Source: Balanoglossus misakiensis | Lineage: Eukaryota; Animalia; Hemichordata | Reading direction: 5' to 3' | NCBI GenBank assembly: GCA_040954595.2 | Contig: CM082582.2 | Coordinates: 9,353,483-9,417,482 of the forward strand | DNA: 64,000 nucleotides | In this document: positions 33,938 to 43,763 of the stretch, piece after piece | Numbering within the stretch: the first letter of the stretch is position 1 | How the letters are laid out: every line of letters starts with the position of its first letter | Notes under the pieces: model-generated | Database searches by the model: none | What the model was told of the DNA's origin: nothing | The model's input: the letters and a program-made list of their open reading frames with translations, nothing else | Made by a program: the position numbers and the translations under genes

Positions 33938-36826
33938 CTACTGCTCTTCGACAAACAAATAGATGGTTCCACCTTCCCCTTCCTCAGTCTCCTCTTCTCC
34001 CGCTTCCTGTTCGATCTGATGCTCCACGTTGACAGCCTCGGTCACGGCGGACGCTTCCGCAGCTGCGACTGGGTGAGGTTCGGCCTCTGCTTGGGCCAGA
34101 TCGGTTATCTGTGCCACCAACTGCTCCTCTTGGCTGGCTTGGTGCTGATCCTCCTCTTGCATTTCTGTAGAAAAAGGCAACATATTTTAGATGAAAGTCT
34201 CGCAAATTTTTCTGTATATGTGCATAATATACCACCAAGCTGCTTTTATTCATAACCTGTACAGACCCATTTACCAATGATACTGACCTTCACCTTGGGC
34301 AGTTTCCATTTGTTCTTCTCCCTTCTCCTCCTCCCCTTCTTCTTCCTCCTCCTCGGGGTTGGTGATGTTGACTGCGCCGCTGTCCACACGTATGACCAGA
34401 CCGCCGCCCTCGGCGTCCACTCCGATCACCGTCCCCTGGATGCCCTGCACGTCCACCACGGCTCCCTCGATGCCGGAGACCGTAGTGGGGTCGATGGTGT
34501 GCACGATCTGGCCCTCCTCGGTGGTGTGGACCGTCTGGCCAAGCCGCGTCTGCGAGCGGGTCATCTTCCGGGGCGTGGCGGCGCCCTCGGGGGACTCCTC
34601 GGCCTTGCGCTTCTCGCCCGGCTCCGGGGTGGAGACCATGTACGTCTCGTGCTTCTTCTGGTGGTTCTTCAGGGCGCTGGTGCGGGTGAACGACTTCTCG
34701 CACGTCTCGCAGAAGTACTCGCCGCTGCCGTCCTTCTCGCCCTGGTAGCTGGGGTCGTGCTTGGTCTTCTCGTGGTGCACCAGCGTGGGCTTGTGCTTGA
34801 AGCTCTCGCCGCACTCCTTGCAGGCGAAGGGGCGCTCCCCGGTGTGCACGCGCATGTGGGTCAGCAGGTGGCGCTTCTGCGGGCAGGAGTAGCCGCACTG
34901 GCCGCACTTGTAGATCTTCTCGCCGCGATGCGTCTTGATGTGCTGCATGTAGCTGAAGCGGTCCGAGAAGCCGTTCTCGCACACCTTGCAGATGAGGGGA
35001 TCCCCGGCAGTGTGCATCTTGCGGATGTGGGCCTTCATGTCGGCGATGCGGCCAAAGGTGACGTCGCAGAAGTCGCACTTGTGCGTGGGCCGGTTGCCGG
35101 TGTGCTTCCACCTGTGCTCCTTGAGGCTGCTCTTCTGCGAGAAGGCCATGTCGCAGTCGGGGCACTTGAAGGGTTTCTCCCCGGTGTGCACGCGCATGTG
35201 GCGCTTCAGCTTGTAGTTGTCGGTGCTGGCGTAGGAGCACAGCTGGCACTTGAAGGGTTTCTCCCCGGTGTGCGAGCGCATGTGGCGCTTGATCTTGCTG
35301 CTCTCCACGCTGACGTAGTCGCACAGCGGGCACTTGTGGGGCTTCTCGTGGGTGTGGATGTACTTGGTGTGTCGGGCCAGCTCGCCGCTCGTGCCGAACG
35401 CGCGCTGGCACAATTCGCACTTGTAAGGTTTCGTGCCCGTGTGCGTGTTGTGGTGGTTTCTCAGCAGCGTGGAGGTACGGAAAGTACGCCCGCAGATGTC
35501 GCACTCATGGGTCTTGGGCTCCCGCGGACTCGAGGGTGCCTTCTTCACTCGGCTGAACACGTGGTCGATCAGCCGCCCGTCATCGAACTTCGGAATCTGG
35601 TACTGCCTCTTCTTGCGCTTTGGGGCGTCTCCCTTTTCGTCTTTCGACGGTGTCGTGACAGGGGCGTCGTCATCTTCTCCTTCGTAGAAATCATACACAG
35701 AGGCACCGCCCTGTGTCTCTTTGCCCTCAGCGTCTTGCGAGCTTCCTGCCTCGCCCTCCTCGCCGTTCTCCTCATTCTGGACGTGGGTGGTAATAATGAT
35801 GATTCTCTCGCCACCCTCCCCTTCCTTCTCCATCTCAACTTCCCCTTGCTGGATCTCGCTGACGTTGACTGTGTCCAGGTTGGCCCCGTTTGAGTTCACG
35901 GATCGTTTCTTCAGCGGCACCCTCTTCTCACTGCCCTCCTCTTGTTCCTCCTCCTCCTCAGCATCTTTCTCACCTTCGTCCGGTTTGACCGTCGCCAATT
36001 CAGTGTACGTCTCCCCGCCGCTAGCCACCTGGTCAACCGCCTGCTGCACCTGGGCCTGATCTGCGGACCCTTCACCCTCGGACGGCGCTATGGTGACAAC
36101 GGTCTGGCCTTCTCCGTCCTCGCCCGGCTGGATGATCGTGATGACCTGCGTGTTCTGACCCACAGTCTGGGTCACCCCGGTGTCGGAGGTGGTGTGATAA
36201 ATAGCGGTCCCGCCGACCAGGCCCGCCGGCACTTCGGACACGGCTATCTGACCGAGGCCGTGCTGTTCGCTGGGAGCGTTTGGGTCTTGCTGCATGGCGA
36301 CCATGAGGACCTGCTGCGTGGGCGGATGCATGTCGCCCACCATGACCACTTGCTGCTGTTCTATCCCGACGACGCCCGCCGTGGAGATGGGCACGCCCTG
36401 CTCAGTAGTAGCGATGGAGTGCTGCTCCCCGCCCTGCATCACGGCGATCCCTTCCGCGGCTTCGGTCGCCTGGGCTGCACCCTCCTCGCTCTCCAGCACC
36501 GGCGCCGCGATCTCCGCCGAGGCGTTGGCCAGCAGCTGCAGCGTCTGGGTGACGTCTTCCTGCTCTGCGGCTGTACCCGCCTCGGCCTCGACCGTCTCGG
36601 GCGCTGCATCCCCTGACCCCTGCTGCTCCGCCTGGGTGGCTATAGCGCCCTCTGCCTGCTGCTCAGAGGAGAGCTCCTTGGAAAAGTTCTGCAGGTAGTT
36701 CTCCAACACACTGATTGACGTCGCGGCTGCCAGACTGTCGCTTGCTGCGGACGCAGCACCCTGGCCCTCTGCGGCTGCTTCAGCTGGTTGCTGCTGTGCT
36801 TCTTCCTGCTGGGCTGGTTCTTCCAT
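33938..36826 (-). CDS. CTCF: CTCF (CCCTC-binding factor) orthologue with 10 C2H2 fingers (equivalent to vertebrate ZF2-ZF11); 2 coding exons, ~921 aa
   Basis: Exon 36826-34288 (acceptor at 36849, donor AAG|GTCAGT, phase 1) joins exon 34164-33938. Finger helices match CTCF: FRTSTLLRNH (ZF2), TSGELARH (ZF3), SVESSKIKRH (ZF4), STDNYKLKRH (ZF5), through FTRTSALKNH (ZF11). SVYDF cohesin-binding motif at 35687-35695; acidic N-terminus. Confidence 0.95.
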
Positions 36827-37434
36827 GTTGCAAGTTCACTCAAAAAACCTACCAAAACAAAACAAAGCCAACATTTATTAATATTCTAAACAGTAAACAA
36901 CACGTGTATATTCACAACATGAAATGCATTCCCTTCCATGTAAAAATTGTCCCTAATATTAAAAAAAAATACACCTTCACATTTCTCGTAACTTTTTCTC
37001 TCTCTCTCTCTCTTTTGGCAATGATTATTGATTATTTTTGGCTAAATAACACTCTACCTGAAATAATGAGGTGGCTGAAATCGCAGAAAGTAATAACAGT
37101 CATGATTAGTGGTACCTGGGGCAGGACATAAAAGTCCTTTTTACTACCTTACACTTGTGTGATGGCCATAAACATTTCAGCGATCAATGCATTTCATTAA
37201 ACAAATTGACCAAGCTGTCAGGGTGTAATGGGTTTCGCTGATGGTTAAATGAACACCAATGAAATTATATTTCCACTAAACTTTTCACCTATGCCATACC
37301 CATGATGACCTCAAATGAGAAAGTGGTCGTTTACACCTGGTAATATCATAACAGAAAGGTGAATAAGTAGACAGTGCCCTGCAGCCAGCTATTCATCTGT
37401 CCGCATGTGTTATCTTTGACATATTTCGTCATAT

Positions 37435-37527
37435 TCAACCTTCCCGCAGCCACCCTTTTGGTGCAACCCTGTTCGTTTCAATGGTGCCTGTGGACCAGTG
37501 TACAGGGGAATGGGGGTGAAAGGGTTA
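37435..37527. mobile_element. Short degenerate MITE-like element (TTAA-CCC...GGG-TTAA style ends, piggyBac-like)
   Basis: tcaaccttccc...tttcaatggtg...caggggaatgggggtgaaagggtta; similar layout to 3142-3218. Confidence 0.4.
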
Positions 37528-39279
37528 CAGAAAGCAATCTCAGATTTGCTTTCGGAACACCTGCATAAGATATACACCATGTTGATGACTCACAGGTTAT
37601 TTTGTGATGTTGAGCATGAATCGGCGAAAATTACATTTTCTGTTGGTTTTATTCAGCATGGGGGAGTAGGGAATTGAGATCTTATATTCTGACAAATTGC
37701 TTCCCTCAGTGATGGAGCAGCATTTAAAACATGCATAATGGTAGGTAAAAAATAAACCCACCTGAACAAAAACAGAAGTTTTAGAATCACAAAATCACAG
37801 AAACATTACCTAATGTCAGAAAACTTTATTTTAAGTGCTTTGTTTCCAGTGCTATCAAAAGCCGCTGAGATATTATACAATGTCTCTGTTTTGGACAACT
37901 ATAACAATATCAATGAAATATTTGGTACGTAACAAGCTAGGAATAGTTATCTCAGTCACATGTGGAGTGAATTGTGCGAATATCAAGTCTTACACAACCA
38001 CAGACGAGAGAAACAAAAATCAGGATTTTTTTATCACAGTCTGGCAAGAAAACTGAAGGTCAAATCATCAATTTTAAAACCCTATTACCTTTCAAAGTAA
38101 TTGTGTCATTAACAAAAAAGGCGGCATAAATTCAATCTCGCCATCAAGCAACCTTGACTGGGCCATAAATTTGGTCTGTCATTTTTAAGCTCACTGATCA
38201 ACTGCACACTGTAGACAGATTTAAACAGAAACTAAACTGGGAAGTATTATTTAAAAGATTATATCACCAAAGGTTACCTTGGAGATATATCAGTCATTAA
38301 AAGGCTTTTTGAGGTGAAAATGAATAAAGGTACTCATCACTATCTCGTTTTATCCACAGAGATAACAAACACCCTCGTCTTTCACAAAAGCGAATGATTG
38401 CCTCAACTGATTGAACTTGCATGACAAATACAACTTATTTTTATCCCGGCGCGAGACGGCCGACTTTCCATGACTCATACATGCGATTATGCCCTGGCAT
38501 TACACTTGCGTCATTAACGCTAGTCTGGTAGTTACCGTTGACATCAATCAGATCTGATGGAGGGGGAAAGAAAACGCACGCAGTTGAACTCAATACAATT
38601 TAATGCCCAAAGAGCCTGACATGAAAAGACAACCGAAGAAATAAAAGTTAACAGTGTCTGCTCACTTGATCAAACCCTACCAAGTGAAACAAAAACTAAT
38701 TCATTAATAAGCATGTTTGCCGTTGGTGATCAATAAGAAAGTGGCCGTATTCCTCTTTGTGGCCACAAGCAGCAGAGTAATTATTCCTGACATGATCATA
38801 AATAAATACTAACAAATTAAGCTGTATCTTCTAAGGCAATTCCACTGATTACAATTTACTGCTATTGATTGCAAACTGTATGGGAAAAAAGTTAACTAAC
38901 TTGGTTACCATATAATTTGGCAAATGAGGGGACCATCTCAAGAGATTGATTATCAGATACAGAAAAATAATTATTCTGCTTAAGTTTATTTTACATAAAA
39001 ACATGTTATAAGTACAGCTTCTGATAATATGTAAGAATAGTATTTTGTCCTTTTTCTTTGAATTATTCAGGCAAACCAACAGAAATAAACGCAGCAGTAG
39101 TGTTGAACTCATACATGAACAAAAATGTACACAGAGCATTCAAGATCCCCCTCCACATTTACCATTTATTGATGTTTGTAAAATGCAAATAGGCTGGTAT
39201 ATTCTACAGCAAACCTCGGGTTTGATAGGTTGTTTGCCATCATGAAAGGGCAATCATACCAAGATACCATACATATTAC

Positions 39280-40300
39280 GGGATTTGTTCCAAAGGATGG
39301 CGCGTTTAGTAATGCATTGACCCGGCCCCTGCATTCAACAAAGAGATTAGAAAATGGCGCAAACAGGGCCACCCGTGACTGAACATGTTGCGCGGCAAGA
39401 TGAGCCCCCACGACCCGCCACTTACGAAATACGCTATAATGAGAGAAAATGTCACGTATTTTCAATATTTCGGGGACGATCGATGGAGGCAAAACGCATT
39501 TTCCCGAGGAGCTAAACTCGTCCGAATGAATCGTGATTTTCAGCATGAAATGAACAGGGCGGCAAATTTTCCTGGTACAAACAACGACGCTGTCTCACCA
39601 CGAGACAATCGACAACACCCATGTCCAATGGCTTCCTCATCGAGGTTTGCAGTCATTGAAACAGCGGTTTAAGAGATCGTAGACGATAAAAGCCATCGCA
39701 AAACCATGAACATGGTCCTATTTTACCCAACACAAGCAAACGCTACTCGATTTTTGACAGAATTGAGCCTAGCCAGCAGCGCCACGCCAGGCAAGCCAAG
39801 CCATGAAATCGACATACTCATTTGCATACGCCATTTTGGAACACTTGAGGGCGCATAAATGCGGTAATTTCTTCCTTAATAAGAGATCTAACGGTGCAAA
39901 AGTTGTATCATTTAAAGGAAAACGCCTGAATCTAGTCAATCATAGTCGTAAGCATGTTGGCGATAGTTAAAAGCGGGCGAAATATTAGCCCAACACTTAT
40001 CTGACGCCACATTTGCATATCACAAAATGACGCGAGGGGGCGCACTGGAAATTTCGCTCCAAAACTTAATAAAATGCCTACCTGTTTACGTAAAATTTAA
40101 GTTGCGTGCACAAGATACCACCAGGTATCTACAGAATGGGCAATGCTGCAGTTTTACCTCAGTTTTTGGCGGGTTTTAGCCTCTTGATTTATCAATTAGT
40201 CGACTCTCAAGATGGCGGCGCTGTTCACGGAATTAACCCGAGCATGCGCAATGAAGCACCTGTCTCAAGACTACCCAAGTTTGCGTTACAAGTACATATA
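39280..40300 (-). promoter_or_regulatory. CTCF promoter / CpG-rich region with candidate alternative non-coding first exons
   Basis: CpG-rich. Minus-strand donors CAG|GTAGGC (40082), TGA|GTATGT (39818) and TTC|GTAAGT (39426). YY1 motif CAAGATGGCGGC at ~40208-40219 plus further YY1-like ATGGCG/CGCCAT sites; NRF1-like GCATGCGCA at ~40242; octamers at 39820 and 40011. Confidence 0.7.
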
Positions 40301-43300
40301 GACCCTCTATCTCATCCCTAGTAAAGTGCTAAGGGAGAGACGCACTTGATTTTGAGAACAATATTTGACAATGAAACTTGAAAAGTGTCTTCTTTTTTAA
40401 ACAAACAAACAGGCGAGGGTCTTGTCTACCATTAAAAGAAAGCCTCTTTTTATGAAGTTGTGGTTATGGGTTTATTAAAACCCCGATGATCAAGCATGAA
40501 TAAACTTAATCTTACACCATCCGACTCACTGGACTTTTCTTTGAAGCTAATGATGATAATTACCACTGCTGTTTGAAATTGTGAGAAGTATATTGCTTTA
40601 TAATAAAATACAAAATGCCTGCATGATGAAAAATATATCATAAACCAGATACTACTTTTTTTCTTGATTGATAAAGTTGTCAAACTGGTACTTTTTGGTC
40701 AATACTTTGGGTCAGTGATTTTTTCTCCCCTTTTTCATCACCCTAGAACACTGTGTTGACATTCTCACATGAGTCAGAGCTTTTACTTTGGCATCATCAT
40801 GCTAGTACGCAAACTCTTTGATAAAGCACATGTATAGCAGTTTGTGTAAAGTATCCTGTGGTTCACAACAATCCGCAGTGAGTGAAAGTCCACAGTGATA
40901 ATGGTGCTTTCATTATATATCTTCACAGATTAGAGGATATTTTTGACCGGTGGAAGCTGGATGTCATTTAGTCTGATTACAACATTTCAGCTGCATGCAG
41001 TCTCACTCAAACCAAAAACGGTAAGCTTTGTTGACAATGTGAACGAAAGCCAAATCTTCAGTTGATGATATCAACTGCAGTGATTTCATTTCTGAATTCA
41101 TATCAGGAATCTACGGGGTTAAGATGATGGGGGTTTATGAGCCTGTTAAGGCCATTAGGGCCAACATGGACTTGACAATTTACTATGTCTACTAAAAATT
41201 GACCTCTTTCCAATACATTAGTGGTGAAAGGCCAGAAATGAGCATTGTTAATGTCCATTGTGGCCAGACTGCAGAAAATGAAGGAAAATGCAGACATACA
41301 CATGACATGACAATTATAATGGTTACCTTGGCTGTACAGGGGCAAGGCCGTGTTTTCATTAAGAAATTTCACCACCTTTTGAAAAAGCTGTGTGTGTGTG
41401 GAAACACACCATAGTTTTCATTTCATTGCCTTTAATTTAAAAAGAAGCCTAAGTTATTGATTGTAACAGTCAACCAACAAAAGAATTGATGTATAAAATT
41501 GATGTTTCGTTCATTCCTTCAGAATTTAGAAAAATGAATGTATAATAAAAAGGATTATTTATGTATAGATTTGACATTTGAGTATGTCAAGTGTAAATAA
41601 TGCTGTAATCTGATCAAGAAATTGAATTCACTTCTTTTTTGCTGCAAGAATTATATGAATAAAAGATGATCTTATTTTATTTATAAGTTCACCAGCAATA
41701 ACTAGAATTCTGTATAGTGTGTAATCCATTTTTATTTCACGTGCATTTACTTGGTATTATGAACAGTTATCTGATCGATATACAAATCAAATCATGGTGG
41801 GCAGTAGTGAATATCATTGAATTGAAGTTAGATCACACAGCGATTCATTTGACAGAAAGATACCGCAGCAATGAATATGAATATGAGAACATTTCCTCAG
41901 TCGTTCATCGTGTATCTCGCCCCCACCAAAAAGAATTATCTCTGATGTGATTAGTTTTTCACAAGTGATTACATTTTCCATTAACCAGCAACAATCAGCA
42001 GATGCATTATTTAAAACTGAGAGAGGGGTTACTAGTACAATCATTGCAACTATACAATGTCCTGAGGACAACATCATAGGATGTAGATTTTTTAAAGACA
42101 GAGTTACTGTTGAGGGCGCTCTTCACCACCCCCCAGAATGTGACACTACCAAGTAGCATGTCTGTAGATTGAGTATGATTACCAGTTAGTTTATATATAC
42201 TGATGAATAACTTCAAAATTCTAAACAGCGAAAATTGATAGATGTTTTTACAGTTATGACTGAATACCAAATAAAATCTTTCTCAGTTGTTTGTTACAGA
42301 TGCATGGCCAGTTTCTTCCTGCTACTGGGAAGTTTGAAAGTGTGATTTTGATAAACATTTTCTTTCATTTTTCACCCACTGAGCTGCCAGTTATATACCA
42401 CTATCACTAAGATGACCACTTGTAACTTCCTTGTGATGTGGGGAAATAAGTGACGTTTGTCAGAGCGTGTCTTAACTGCACAATTTCACTTCCCCGTATG
42501 ATTATCACTACAACAGCTTGTTGCTTTGTATGCAAAAGTCACTGTTGAGAAACGCAATTCCCCAGTAAAGCTCTTTCAGATTCCATCCATCATTTCAAGT
42601 CAATTATTTCCTTGTTGCCTCTTGGTGAAATCATGAGATGAAAAGAAAACACCGACAAGCAGGAAGCCACCTGAGATGTACACAAATATTTCGTAGGTGG
42701 AGCAGCGATCGATCGATGCACACACTGACTTAGGTGACCTGACAGACGTCCAGAATGAACACCATTGCTCTTTGAACCCTTGAAAGAAGTCAGCAGGGAC
42801 ATGATTGATTTGAATTAGACAATGGATTGAGACAAGGGCTATAATTATTCTCCTTTATTGGGGAGTAGATTTTCAGCCATCATTGTGAGCTCTGATTGGC
42901 CATTTGCTTTCACACAAAATTTGTAACCAATCAGGTTGGAGGTTAATATTTGCCAGTATATAAGCAGTGTATCTGTGCATAGCCGTACCTCAGAATATTT
43001 TCAAAATGGCCAGCTGCCACTAAAGGCTGGGCAAGAAGAAATACATCCAGGGCTGAATTTCTTTCAAACAGGATGTCACCACCCGGATTTCTTTGTAGTT
43101 TCAAAAAGAAAAAAAATCTACAGACGTTTGTCCAACAAAAACAAGCCTTCATTTTCTGAAAATCAGATCCCCAAGGTGCATTCCATCTCGGATGACAGAA
43201 TGGATTGGGTAGTCCATGAAATGTATTCAAAATAAGGCATAGTCAACTGTGTGTTGTCACTTTATACCTGCGGCCTTTTTTCAAGGGCTCATAAGCTGAA

Positions 43301-43634
43301 CTATTTTTGCAGTGTGATGACATCCGAGATCTAACCCATATTGTGCAACGTTAAAAGGTTTGAAAATTTTCATAATCTAAAACCCAAACATGTGTAGAGT
43401 AAACACCGTCTAATACTTGCAGATATGCAGTCATTGGACTGCTGCCAGAACAAGACAGTGTAAAGTAAGACTGTTTTGGGAAATCTGTCCAGGAATGTCG
43501 AGGAACTCAGCACACGTTCATATGCAGTGATGTCTTGATAGAGAAGACTGATGAAAGCAAAGAACAAGGTCTGTTGCACAAAGAAGATTCCCAAAGACAA
43601 CACACTATTAATTAAACACCGGGAATCATTTAAA

Positions 43635-43763
43635 GTTAGAATACATTGAAGTCAGCCATATGGCTAATAATTTGGCTCCAAAAAGTTTCGACCCCCTTAA
43701 TCATTTTTGTAGATAATACCACGATCAAAAGAGGCTTCCGAATAGACTTCAATGCCTACTAAC
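43635..43763. repeat. Small inverted-repeat element (possible MITE remnant)
   Basis: gttag-aata-cattgaagtc (43635-43653) versus gacttcaatg-ccta-ctaac (43745-43763). Confidence 0.4.

Noticed and set aside
34290-35504. 404-aa alternative-frame ORF on the CTCF strand
   Set aside because: R/Q/P/A-rich frame shadow expected when third positions are G/C; non-ATG start and no independent support.
34277-35893. 538-aa ORF antisense to CTCF (also 35942-36616 and others)
   Set aside because: Shadow of the GC3-rich sense codons; composition is L/V/A/G-rich with no domain and a non-ATG start.
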